From Tubiluchus corallicola (lineage: Eukaryota > Animalia > Priapulida): a DNA stretch of 64,000 nt. The DNA is taken from assembly GCA_030141605.1 (NCBI GenBank), contig JAQGDQ010000068.1, positions 62,001 through 126,000 of the forward strand, in the 5' to 3' direction. The translations under genes and the position numbers were made by a program. Positions 27,150-39,642 of this stretch are shown here, one piece after another; the stretch's first letter is position 1, and each line of letters begins with the position of its first letter. The notes under the pieces were generated by a model that saw only the letters and a list, made by a program, of their open reading frames with translations, was not told where the DNA came from and did no database searches.

Positions 27150-27677
27150 ATGGCGCAGATAGAAGAAGGCGACATCTTTCAGACACACAGACTTAATTTG
27201 CTGGAGGTAGTTGAAGACCGCAACAGAAACCTTAACAAGAAAACCATGATGCATAGACTTGTTTACATTGCCAGCTTAACGGACTCATCTGAAGACTTGG
27301 AAAGCGCGGAGGAACTCGGACATGAATATGATCAGCAAATCAAGAGCTGGTACGCCATCTATGGCGAGCAGATCACTGGGCTTCTGATGATTTACGAGAA
27401 GCACGCAGTACATGTAATGGAAATGGCTTCTGAGATGATACAGACTGCCTTGACTCACATCAGTGAGCTGGCTAGTTATGAACATACCAAGGTTCTCAAT
27501 GTTTCTTATAATATTCCTCGTCGGTTGCATGAGAGTTGGGGTTACACGGTATTTGCAATGACAATGGCATTACCTGATGAATACCAAACCAACCAACCCC
27601 TTGAAGTTGTGGTTTCTGAATGTTTGACGCAGTTGATGAATCTAGGGCTTCATCTTGCTTTTGAAACGCAACGTAAG
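27150..27677 (+). CDS. TEX47: TEX47-like (C7orf62, BLUF-like fold) protein, exon 1
   Basis: ATG 27150, donor AAG|gtatgt at 27678. Motifs HRLVYIASL, ITGLLMIYEKHAVHVME, KVLNVSYNIPRRLHESW match my recollection of the TEX47 family. Confidence 0.85.
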
Positions 27678-28321
27678 GTATGTTAGTGCTTGAGTGTTAA
27701 GTCTTTAATAGTTAATTGAAAAAGGTATACGAAATTGGTTATTTTTGTTGAATGAAAAAACTTGTTTTTTTTTGCAAAACAAAAGCGTAGACTTTAGGCT
27801 TAAAATCAATTCTAGGCCAAACGTTTTTAACCTTGACAGATTGGTTGCTCACAGTAGTTATTATTTCTGTTAATTTTTGTTAATTTCAAATCTTGAAATT
27901 TTTAAAAGGTATGTGGTCTCTATCAGAAATTTATTTGAAGTACGCATAACCACGAATTATCTTAAACGCTCAACAGAGGCCATTCTTAACCCCATCTCCA
28001 AAGTCTTTCCATCGTACTCGGAATATCTCTTTTCCTAATATAAGCATTCGTTTTCTAGAGGAATTAAACTACACGAATATATATCTGTCTATATATACAG
28101 CGTATATGCATATTTAACCCTTCGGCTTGGATGCCTGCGCACTCGATCTATTTATTCACTTTCAGGGGAGCTGCTTACCACTCAAATTGATTAAATGATG
28201 TGAAGAAAAATTTTTTAAACAACGACTTCTAACAATTATGTGTCAATTTTCATAAACTGAGTTTTCTGTTTTATTATGCTAAAAGTATAGCCTATACAAT
28301 CACAGTTTTATCGATTTTTAG

Positions 28322-28528
28322 CACAGAGACAGATTTGCTGTTTTGGATAAGTTGCATTCCAAGGTGCCGGAGTTTATAGTATCTCAAGACGTGATCATCT
28401 ATTTGTTGAAGCAGCCAAAACTGTTGTCTACAAGCCAGTTTCTGACAACATATTACAAACCAATGAAGACTGTCTTGGACAGTGACTTAACATGGCCTGT
28501 TCCATCTAGACTATTGAACTGTAGTTAA
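28322..28528 (+). CDS. TEX47: TEX47-like protein, exon 2 (total about 244 aa)
   Basis: Acceptor tttttag at 28320-28321, phase 0. HRDRFAVLDKLHSKVPEFIVSQDVIIYLL...FLTTYYKPMKTVLDSDLTWPVP, the C-terminal FL..Y..P....LDS...WP motif of TEX47. Confidence 0.85.
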   Translation, partial: HRDRFAVLDKLHSKVPEFIVSQDVIIYLLKQPKLLSTSQFLTTYYKPMKTVLDSDLTWPVPSRLLNCS

Positions 28529-30577
28529 CTAGCTCTATATGCGAAACCTATATTTTTGTGCTTTTTATGGTTTGGTGTTTGTAGTGGTGGCAGACAACTA
28601 TGCACCACAGTTTTCACTTCCATCATTCTACAAAGAGGTTAAACGAAAAGCTGACACAGATGATGAAACAGATGAACTCTCAACCATCCATGTACTTTTG
28701 TGGTAGAAGGAATTCCACTTTTTTGATGAAACTTTTATGACCCTAAAATTGTGTTTGTTAACCGTTTCATATACTTTATGTAAGTGAGCTGTATTTTTGA
28801 TCATTTTATTTGTTAGCTTACCTGTTTTATTAGTTTCTTCGTTCAGTTATTCTCTCGCTCATTTTGGCTGGCTCGTTGTAATATTTGCTCGTTTGTTGTA
28901 GTGCACTTTTGGTGTATAAAATCAAAAGTTATTCTGTTTGAAAAAACTGAAGTTTGGTTTTATTTCACTCATTATTGGAGGAAAATAGGGGTTGTCCATG
29001 CATGGGTGGCCATACCCGCTAGAATGTGCGGCGGGACGGTTTGATTTCGTAGCTGTTTGTTCTCAGGTTTTTTTAAACAACAAAGTAATTGCAGATCCTT
29101 GTTGTTAATCTAACTGTTATACAAAATAGATTTTCGTGAGTGCATCACCAACCACATAGCTAGCTGTTAGATGCACAAAATTTATTTATTTCCCTCTTTA
29201 CGGAATCTCACAATTTTAATTAGTTATATATATTACAACCAATCAAAATATTTTGTTGCTTAACTTATCAATGGTAATGGTACATTGGCTGATGTAGCCA
29301 CTCGAAAGATGTCCGCTGACTAGTTAACCCAGGAAAAGGATATTGGGTCAGCCAGGCTGAGCAATCGCAGTTTGAGTTTTGAAAATTGAGTACTGAACAT
29401 TTGGTTTGAAAATATTGTTCAAGTATTAAATGTGTAGGCACTAAATTTTTAGTGCAAGTAATTTATATGTGGCTAGGTGAATTACATACATCAGGTAAAA
29501 TAAAGGTGTGTTCGTTCCAAATATTACCAGCAAGTCATTTTGTGCAGAGTAAGGAATGCGAGAACGCGCAGTTTCAGAAGGCTAGAAACACAAACAAACA
29601 AGCATAATTCAAGAACTACTAAGATTAAAACTAGCCTCAAAGGTACATTTAAATAGTATGCTTCCGTGTCACACGATTACCGTTTAAAATTGTTTCAAAA
29701 TCGATCGAGAAATATGCTCTTCTTTCTTGCAGTCGTTAATTTCGTATCCTGCTTCTGGCACCAGTGTGCTAAATACATTCACACCATGCCCTGGATCCCT
29801 CTTAGTTAATGCGCAAGAAAAATTTAACTTGGTCGTAACTACAGAAAGAAGAGACAAAGCAGCCGATTAAAGTTCTACCAGTACTTATAAACACTCGTTC
29901 TACAAAGTCTATAATGATTATTTAACTTCGTTGGCTTGATGTGCTACAATCTGGTCTTATGGTAGGCGATGCAATTTTTACAATATGGATATCGTCGGAA
30001 CCAGTGACAATATGGTTCATTGCAAAGGCCCAAGCTTATATGCCGACTTTTTTGAAGAAAGTATAAACGTGAAGCAATGAAGAAATGTCAGCATGTTGGC
30101 TTCAAGTAATACCTGGACACTTTCGGTAGCTTCATGTTAAAACATGTTGATATTACAGTCGAAAACCATGTTAATCTGTAAGACATTTTATACTTTTCAG
30201 CCGGGCGTCCGTAATACAATAATAAGCAGACTGATACCAACATCGTTATTCGACGATTCTACCATAACGTCGTTGATAAAATTTTACGCTTTCAAAAGAA
30301 CTATTACCGAACAAAATTAAATTAGATTTCACAGAATACTAAATGGTAATCGTCAATTTTAGTCGATTGAATGCAGTTCTACCCGACGCCTGCAGATGTC
30401 GCAACTTTACTGATGGTGGTTCAGTTTCTCTACGACCGGGTTTCATTCGGTAAACTTCACGAATATTGATTTTGGTTTATATCACCGCTGCATCTAGCAG
30501 AGAAACCTACCGTTCCTTGCCCGTCATGTTGTGAACAAATTTTGCGAAATTGGCAAATTTCGCAAGCTTTTTCTGCC

Positions 30578-30763
30578 ATGTGGCCGACCATCTTAGTCGC
30601 TTTAACTGTGTTCTGCAACAGCCCGAGTATGGCAAACCCAGACGCCAAGAGACTCTACGAAGATTTGCTAGGAAACTATAACAAATTAATTCGCCCTGTT
30701 GGGAACAACACGGACGTGTTAACTGTGAGACTGGGACTGAGACTGTCACAGCTGATTAACGTG
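30578..30763 (+). CDS. nAChR alpha subunit, coding exon 1 (signal peptide and N-terminus)
   Basis: gccATG 30578; [19 protein letters not shown]|[22 protein letters not shown]...[10 protein letters not shown]; donor gtaagt at 30764. Confidence 0.95.
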
Positions 30764-31739
30764 GTAAGTGACTTATAGTTAAATTTCACTTATGTTAAAC
30801 AACATTCTTCTATATCTGTAATATGTTAAACAACAATATCTGTAATTAAAATTAATAGCTTTTTAGTTACAAAAAATAATATAGATCACCGAAGTTACTA
30901 TGTCAAAAATGTATTGATGATCACGTTATGTAAATTTTGTAGATTTAATAATTTCACAACTTTCAACCGCCGCCTACTACTTACAATCCATTTAATTAGA
31001 TGTACCTAAGTAAAATTATCACTTATATATTGTCTAATTGTACTAATGTCTTGCACGTGCATGTAGTAAATTTAGGCTACTAAGTTGTGCAGCGTGAAGC
31101 AGCTGTTATTTAATGCAATGCACGACTACAACAAGGCGATATATTAGGGTGCTGCTGTTACACAATGTTATATCTTGTTGGGAATCTGTTTTATACGAGT
31201 GCTTTTAAACTAATAGGACCGAACTGAAGCGGCAGAAAGTGCTGCTGTCCTTACCCTAGTTTGAACCGAACAGCATCCGAACGGAAATTGACCAACCTTT
31301 TTAGGGGTACTTATGATACTCTCCTTAGCCACGGATATCAAACCTTTCTTCTCTGGTGCGCTCCGCCAAGGGACTCAATAAATTGTCAATAAATTTTGAC
31401 AAATATGTTTTTTACTAAAACAACCAACAAAAACAAAAGCAACCATTTATTCAAATTTTTCGTTAGATGTACTGAGAAAAAACACATTTAGTGACTTTTT
31501 TCGAATAGGGTTGCCCTTGTCTGGAATTGCTTACCAGTACGAGTAAATATATTTCCACCTGTAACAGTACACACCACAAAATATTTCAAAACTAGATTAA
31601 ATGCTGTGTATTTAAGCAGATTTTTACTTTTTGGTGGGCGTTTATAAGCAGGTAATTTAGCCCAATTCATTGATTTCATGATTTTTTTGTTTAAACATTT
31701 ATTTTTTTAATTATTGTCTGTGTCTGCTGTGAAAATAAA

Positions 31740-32050
31740 TAATTAAAATCTTGAATTCAAGATGTCAAATAGCAAATGTGACTACTCCAGTCGATGCAGA
31801 ACTTGATCTAGTATATTCCTGGAAAGTTTCTTGACGATCTGTTGCGAACTGGCAGTTACTTTTTTTCGAAAGTAATGTTACCACGCCATCTTGAATTCAC
31901 AACGGCAATATGAAAATCCGCCTCGGTATGTCAATTTAGAATTTGTTCAAGTGTATTTGAGTGATGTTTCATAACAATTCGTTGCAAATTCACCTTAGGT
32001 TTTTTTTTAAAAAAGTTATTTTCCCAAAAAAAAGCTACAACAAGAACAAG
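31740..32050 (-). repeat. Dispersed repeat copy, homologous to 47850-48140; unclassified non-autonomous element
   Basis: Reverse complement shares collinear blocks with 47850-48140: ttttt.aaaaaa..ct.aagg, aacaaatt..attgaca, gag.cggatttt, tgaattc.agatggc, gaata.actaga....t.tgcatcga. Confidence 0.55.
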
Positions 32051-32422
32051 ATCAAGAACAACCAGAACAACATTCGGACGAATAGCGATTTGTGTCGAAT
32101 CCCTCGACGAACAATTCCAGCATGTTATTATCGTTTAAGAAAAACAGACGTATTCCAAAAGCACTGTTGCTAACACCATTTGATTTTATTGACAGCAATT
32201 GGATGTAAGTCACCGCCAATCCGCCATGGGCAAACTTGGTTCTTATTGGCTCTCGCTGAAGGCCAACCTGTGTGTCAGAAGAATTCCGCCAAATTAATTC
32301 TTGTAGAACATTAAGCGCTTTGAATGATTGAATTTCCAATTTCCATTTTTACTGGTTTTAGTTTAGTTGTCTTTGTGTGTTTGCATTATTTTTCTATTAA
32401 AGAAATTATTCTTTTCTTTCAG

Positions 32423-32467
32423 GATGAAAAGTATCAAATCATGACAACAAACGTCTGGCTACGTCAG
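32423..32467 (+). CDS. nAChR alpha subunit, 45-nt exon 2 (loop D)
   Basis: Acceptor ctttcag at 32421-32422; DEKYQIMTTNVWLRQ; donor gtacaa at 32468. Confidence 0.93.
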
Positions 32468-33843
32468 GTACAAACCAAATCAATTTCTAGATGTAGCAAA
32501 AACGTAGTAGTAGTGGTAGTGATAAACTCGCTTAGCGCTTTTAGATAAAGTAATTTGTTGAACTCACACTTTCCAATACCTTGTTTCTAATAACTAAGCG
32601 TTGTTGCTTAAATAAACCGTTAAGCTTATTAACACTGGCTTATCAAAGTAAAAATCAAACTGATGAGCTTTGGTCCACTAATTATATTAATTAACTGATT
32701 AATTCACGGATCTGCTGGAGAAAGGCTGAAATCGTCTGCTATTAAAAATTATTCGAAGGACGCTATCATGTTTTATAGAAGCAAAGCTTATGATTGATTA
32801 TTAGATTAAAAATTCAAAACGGTAGATTGCGAAGCTCAAGCATCTCTTGTCTTTGTCACTTATCTGTATCATAACTCGATAGATGAATTTTCTCCATCAC
32901 ACAACTTAGCCAAATTCGAAAGGTGAGAATAATAAAGCTGTGCGACTCAAGTCAATTTCCATAAATGTTGGTTGACAGCTTTCCTTCGTAAATAGATGGC
33001 CCTTTTTCATCAATTTTCCTAGGCGAAATCTATTTTTCTGTGACTTTAGCAGTCTAATGTATTAAGATAACCAAAATTTCCACGCAATATGTACTCTAAG
33101 TCTGTTTCATTGTTAACAGGTATTTGTGTTTCTGTTTCTGCTAGCAAAGTGGCTGTAGCGGCGGCGGTAGAAACGCCAGTAGTAACTAATTGTCGAAAGG
33201 ATGCAGATATAATATTTTTAATACAAAACATCTTTAACGATAGGACAATATGCGCTTGCCAAACGAAACCGTCCGGGCAGTTCGTAATAGTAATTAAATG
33301 CTAACAGAAAGTTTACTAGTTGCCGTGAAGCACAAAAAAGATCAGGCTCAGAAGCTAGCTGCTTGAATTAAAGTCTTATAGAATCAATAAACTCTTATTC
33401 ATCAACAAGAAATTCATCAACGAAAACATCAACATATAGCTATTTTAATATTCACAATGCTGGGATTCAACCATGTACTAAAGATACTATCTTCAAGCGA
33501 ACTCATTTATTAAATATTCTGCAAAATTCCGAGTTTTGATCTTACTTCATATATACTTCATACTTTACTGCATACTTAACTGCATATGTCGCTCCTGTTG
33601 GCTGGATTTTCATTTTGCTGCTTTGTTTTTCTACATGTTCTACAATATAATTTGCCCATCATTAACAGTTTCTTGTTTGCTAATTACGCTTCGCAAATTT
33701 CTCTAATTTGATAAGATCTTTGTCAGAAGATGGCTGATTAATCTGGTCTTATGTTGCTAATGTCGTTAAGTCGATTTGTCATTAGTCAAGCACTGTGCAC
33801 TCTTGTCCAGTGGCTGGAGACTAGCTTTGTTCATTTACTATTA

Positions 33844-34917
33844 TGCCCGGTTTAGATGATCCGACTTTCATCCGATTTTGTCGGCCGACAAAATCGGACG
33901 TTGTTGGATGCAGTTGGGCTGGTGCCGGACAATGTCGGGTTTACACGATCCGATTTCTATCCGATTTTGTAGACCAACAAGTCGGGAAAAGCCACTCGAC
34001 AGCTTGCATTTGAGCGGGAATTTAAACATTTCTGCGTTTGGTTCATGTGTGAGATTATTTTCATAATTGTATCGTGGATAAATAATTCAGTGAAGAAAGC
34101 TCAGAAAACCAGACTTCAAAAAGCAGGTCTTCTATTAATAGTATATTATACAATAAAAGGTGAAACGTAAAAAAGAAAAGTGTGGGTGCGAGAGTGGCTA
34201 CAAAAAAAAAAACACTCTAGGAGCATATCACTGACTTCTCCAAGATTTGTATGTGCACGATCAACAGAATTATAGAAACTTTCTTAGAATAGCTCCCGAG
34301 ACTTTTGCTGAACTATTACAGTTGTTGCTCCTCTCATATCAAGGATTGATACAAATATGAGAAAAAGCATTTCACCAATAATTTCACTAATAAGGGGTAA
34401 ATAAAAATAATACAGCATTTAGTGCAACGGATCTAGTCCAATTAAAATGCATTTACTTGATCTCTTCAGCAAAGCAGAAATGTCTCAAATGCCCTGTTAG
34501 GGTAATCTCCGTTTTTATACTGTTTACCTTTTGTATTATACAAGCATTCGTGCTTTCTATAAGAATTTAGAATTTCTATTTCCATAGTGGACCTCGGCCT
34601 GTGGTTGATCATTTTTACACAGCATTGTCTGTTATTATGCGTTATGTGTATTAAAACTAAGTCTATAAAATGACACGTGAACGCAAGAAGCATTTCTATT
34701 GGCGGCTATCCTAGATGTCGAAAGATTATCGGATAAAAAGTTGAGCAATTCCCGACTTTTATCCGACATCGTCCGACAAGTCGACTGTTAAATTTTCCCG
34801 TTTGCACGATATCCAACAAGTCTGTCCGATACCATCCGATTTTGTCGTACGACTTTGTCTGATCGTGTAAACGATTCATCCGACAATCCGATTTTGTCGG
34901 ATCGTATAAACCGGGTA
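33844..34917 (+). mobile_element. Internally deleted PIF/Harbinger DNA transposon
   Basis: Imperfect TIRs tgcccggtttagatgatccgac ... gtcggatcgtataaaccgggta with TTA/ATA flanks; subterminal tccgattttgtcg repeats. + strand transposase N-terminus (KVWVREWL...GAYH*LLQDL...YRNFLRI.PETFAELL...DTNMRKSISP, ~34175-34377); - strand MADF/Myb-like remnant (ILNSYRKHECLYNTKGKQYKN...NRAFE, ~34470-34585). Confidence 0.88.
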
Positions 34918-36339
34918 ATACAAAGAATTTTTAGTAAAAATTTTTGCTACTGTTTCCAAATTAGTTCACCATATTTTCGAAGCTTCTTGGCAAACATTAA
35001 TTATTTAATTCAGTAAAAGTGAATTTCACCGAGGAATTTTCAAGATGGCTAATCGGAATTGCGTGACCTAGCTAGAATTGTACATTTACGGACTTTTTAA
35101 AGATTTTTGTTAATATTTCGGAATTGTACACTTGCGACCTTTCTAAAGTCGCAACACCTACATAATCCCAAAGCAATTAAATTAATATGCGTATTGTCTA
35201 AGTTTACCTGAAAAAGAGTTGAGGTGTAAACCCAAAACCGTTTACCTTGCCGCCTAACTTTGAGTTACCGCAGCGCTTACTCTCCTGATTTATTTGGCCA
35301 ATATTTGGATGTAAATGGGACGAGCTAGTCTTGGGCAGAACTTTAACGTGATGGAAACCCATGGCCAATACCTATATAAATCTATGGTCACCAAATCAGG
35401 TTACATCTGTTGCACTGTGCCACTGTGCATAGTCCATAATACCCCTTTATTGTAATCGTGATTGAATTTTTGTGGCACAAATGAAGCCATATATTGCAGA
35501 TTAAGAGCGATTAAGTGATTTTGTCCAAGATACTCATATAAATAGCTCTGGGCTATTTCTGTTAACTTTCCCATTTGTGATTGGAAGTCATCGATTACCT
35601 CCTGTGGTCGCCTCTCGGCCGCGTACTTCCCATCATGCAGTTCGTACACGTACCTGCTGTACAGAAGAAATGCGTATTCCTGTTAAATTTCATGTTTATC
35701 CTGCCTTTCATGGACTTTTACATTTAGCGACTGAGAAAATCTTAATACAATAGTTCTGGTGAGAACAAAGAAGACTCAAAACATCCGAAAAAGCTTATTA
35801 ATCTTTATAATATGTATCGCTAGGTGTGAGTGCATTTTTCTTTACTTCCACATAAAATGTCCCCATAATATTATTATTATGTACCAAATCTACGTTGACA
35901 TTTTTTTGAACAGTGTGTCGAAATGTAATCTTGAAATCTGATTTTAAGCTCAGTTTTGTGCTGACTGAAGTGCGTTGTTTCATAATAATTAATAATATTG
36001 TCTTAATTAAGGCATTCTTTTTGATCTACTAAATGGATTATTTAAGTCGTCTGTATTATTAAGGCTACTGATTCTTATTTAACATTACAATTGTTTATTA
36101 ATTATAAACTTGTTATATATTGTTTGTGTAATTATAAATGTTATAATTATTAGTTACAAATTACAACATCATCTGTATCATCACAAACTAAAATAGTTTA
36201 TTTCTTTTTCAATTGCCTGAATGAAAACATATAGTTGAAAATTATCAAAGATATTTTGGCTAAAGTTTACATATCCCTACATAAAAAAATTAGTCATTGA
36301 CGCGAATTAAGAATTGTGCAGTTTGGTTTGTGCTGATAA

Positions 36340-36605
36340 AGGGGAACTGATAAAGAGAGGAAAAGGATCAGAGAAAGAGGGGAAAGAGAGAGGGAAAGGG
36401 TGAGAGAAAGAGAGAGAGACACACACGGGGAAAAAGGGAGAAAGAGAGAAAAAATAGTTAAAGAGAACAAAAACTGAGAGAAAGCTTCTTTGTTTGACAG
36501 TCTGCAAATAGAGAAGGAGCTGAGAAAAGAGAGTGAGAGGATGAGCGAAAGAGAGTAAGGAAGAGATGGTGATAGACAAAAATGAGAGATAGAAGAGAAA
36601 AAAGA
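36340..36605. repeat. Degenerate GA-rich low-complexity tract
   Basis: Direct reading; explains the Ser/Leu/Phe-rich ORFs at 36294-36782. Confidence 0.8.
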
Positions 36606-37759
36606 ACTTAGTAGACTGGTCGACAGACTGGCAGGTTGATAATTAAAGAAGAAACCCAGTAAGGGACGGTGAGGATTGAGAATAAGAGGTGAAGCTGCTG
36701 CTAACATTACCGTGATAAAAATGGCTATAATGGATAAAAATGATAAAATAAAAATCTGTGGAAAGTGTAAGCGTACATACATATGAAAATCAAAAGGTTG
36801 TGATCAAAGAAAATAACTTTTCAAACATTATAGTTATTTTATGTTATATTCGCAATGATATGAGTGATAGTTATTATTATACTGTATATCTACTTGTCTG
36901 CTTTACAGTTAACATTTCGTAACTTAATAAGTTGCGCTTATATAGTAAAAGGCAAGAAGTACGAAACAACAGAGCCGGACGCACAAGCTGTTGTTTACCT
37001 GCCTTTTTGAAACTGAAATCGGTAAGATTTGAAACCGCCTTATTCTTCATTAGCAAAGAAGTCAAACAGAACATATAATTAATTAAGTAAACTACTGTTT
37101 CTTCTTGGCACAAAAATTGCTAAATTGAAAAATGACTGAATTAAACACTAATGCGCTAAAGCTGAATGTTGAAATTACGATTAATTATAATATTAATGAT
37201 ATAATATTAATGCTTAAAAAACAAAATATCAAAGATAACCGCACATAAGATTTCCTTGGGCACAAAGACAAAATCTAAAGGCCATTTTTGTTACGTGGAA
37301 TGAACAAGTCTACTCATTGCAAATCTATTGAAGCAAATTAGGGGGTATTATTCGAAGCGAGCATAAACATCTGAATTTTATAAAGATCTGTTGACCCCTA
37401 GCCAAACATACGATATGAATCTTACAAAAGAACTTTTTAATTACTGCAAGAACTGGAGATATCGTTAAATGTTCAAAATTCAACGTTTGCCATACTTCTA
37501 TTCTCTGTAGCATAGCGTGATAGTGATATGGTTTTTACACCGAGATTTTTCTTTTTGTCCTGCAACCGATTCTGTCATGTAAAAATTTTATATCGAGTTC
37601 AAAATTTGAGACGAAAATTATTGAATCTTAAAAATTCTTTAAGCAGCATAGTTATGGGAATGGTTGATGAACTGGGCTGATTTAATGAATTTTCGATTAA
37701 TTGAATTTACTGAATACCGAGTGATGATGTTTATGTATAAACATCGTATAAACATGTAT

Positions 37760-38275
37760 ACACATAGGCTGCGGATAGAAACGGGTAGGTGGGCGAGACA
37801 GCCAAGGGAAAATAGGTTATGTCATTGTGGGGACATTCAAACTTAGAAACACGTTATACAGACATGTCCCCTAACATCTAATATTAGAAACCACTACGAC
37901 AATGTAAACTTTGCTGATTTAACTCACTTCTTTGAGCACCCAAATTGTTACATAATATGTCATGAAATTTTGCAACTTTTATGCTGATGTACTAATTAGT
38001 ACGAAGTGAATGACGTGTAGTAAAGTGTATAGATGGTGTGGCATCAGTTCTGCGTACAAGTATTTTGCTTATAGATTTACCGTTGTGTTCTTTAAAATTT
38101 TTAAGTATTACCTTGTATGCACAACACTGTTTTTAATGCTGTAACCTTGAGTAGAAAATGTGCGTAAAGTGACATTTGGGCTAAAATCACTAATGTATCG
38201 ATTGTGGCATTTACCTCGTTCTTCATGTATACATGTAATTTGATTTAGTCAATAAACTACGTACATACATATACG
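37760..38275 (+). mobile_element. 5'-truncated LINE 3' end (CCHC-type C-terminus plus 3' UTR)
   Basis: HRLRIETGRWARQPRENRLCHCGDIQT*KHVIQTCP, typical of a CR1/L2-group ORF2 C-terminus; ends in aataaa followed by a short (TACA)-like tail near 38251-38274. Confidence 0.75.
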
Positions 38276-39403
38276 TCGACTATCCGATTTCAAAGTTTGA
38301 TATTTTGAACGCTAGCGACCGGGCACGTTATAGCATCTCTATCCTGAACGAGCAACGCGCAAATTTTGCGGGTTACAACTTACTATAATTATGTGGACCA
38401 TAGACAGGGTTGTACTGCTTAGTTGAAATCGACCCAATAAACGACATCATTCGAAGTGAAGTCGAAATTGCGTAGCAGTAAATGGACAGGCTGAATTCGC
38501 ATGGTTGGATCGAAATGCTCCTATAATGTAATGCTTTTAACCCTTGAAGCGGTCACTGTGAAACACTGCAAGTTTATGGGAAGCTTTTAGGTCCAAGTTG
38601 TTTGGTATAATAGTACATGGAGAATAAACCAAACTCTGGCAATTACCGACATCGTCTAGATGTTATAATGTTTAAAAGGACTTTTACAGAACTTTTGAGC
38701 CCAGTAATAACTTGAATATGATCAAAATCTATAGCCATACTTTTTCGTAAGATACAACTAATTGTCCAGTTCAATTGACATTTGAACTATTAGGAAGACC
38801 GTTCTAATTGGAAAAAGAACTCCAAGAAAATTCTAGCAAAATTAAGTAATTTTGTAACTATGTGATTGTACTTTAGTTTAAAGATTATATATTAATTGTG
38901 GAATTAACCCATTTAATTTTTTTTGAAACCAAAGTCATCCAAAAGGAAAGAAATGAGAAAGTGGGTAATTAATTTTTTGCACCAAATTTCTCTAGCTGTA
39001 AATTATATACAAAATGGCCTAACAAATACTGAATCGCTGCACTAGTTGGCGAGCTATTGAGACTGAATTGAGGTCTGCCTTAATCACAGTGGGCTAGTCT
39101 AAAAAGGCCATGATGTTGATCTTGTACTCCTAAAGTTCCTAGTTTATATTGCAGCTTAGACTCACTTGTTTTCACATTTCTCCTCTTTTGATCAGACTTG
39201 GTGTTTAAAAGATTTGTCAACTGGGCTTATTCTCGCGACTGTTTATTTCATCACATTTGCAAAAATTTAATAAGATGGAAAAGTCGTAATAGAAATTTTC
39301 TTTAATGAAATCATGAGATTTGGTGTTAGAATTAACATCATGTGTATATTCGTTGAGACATTTTGTTACTTAATCATTTAAGTAATCAATTAATATATTT
39401 TAG

Positions 39404-39513
39404 GAATGGTTTGATTACAAGCTAATGTGGGATCCAGCACGGTATGGCGGAGTTGAAGCCCTTTACGTGCCTTCACAGCAAATATGGCTACCAGACATCG
39501 TATTGTACAACAA
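39404..39513 (+). CDS. nAChR alpha subunit, 110-nt exon 3 (loop A)
   Basis: Acceptor ttttag at 39402-39403; [36 protein letters not shown](N); donor gtatgt at 39514. Not in the ORF track. Confidence 0.95.
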
Positions 39514-39642
39514 GTATGTTAGTTCAAGTTTAATTTTCTAGAACAAAACTATTTCTGAGATACTTAGAAAACTAGCAACAAATAAGTTTTATACTCACTG
39601 TCATCATTTTCATTTAATAATTCAAACTTTTTTCTCTTTTAG

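Noticed and set aside
29733-30200. Acceptor-like sites and a short open frame upstream of the alpha subunit
   Set aside because: No recognisable protein; probably 5' UTR or intron sequence, unresolvable without cDNA.
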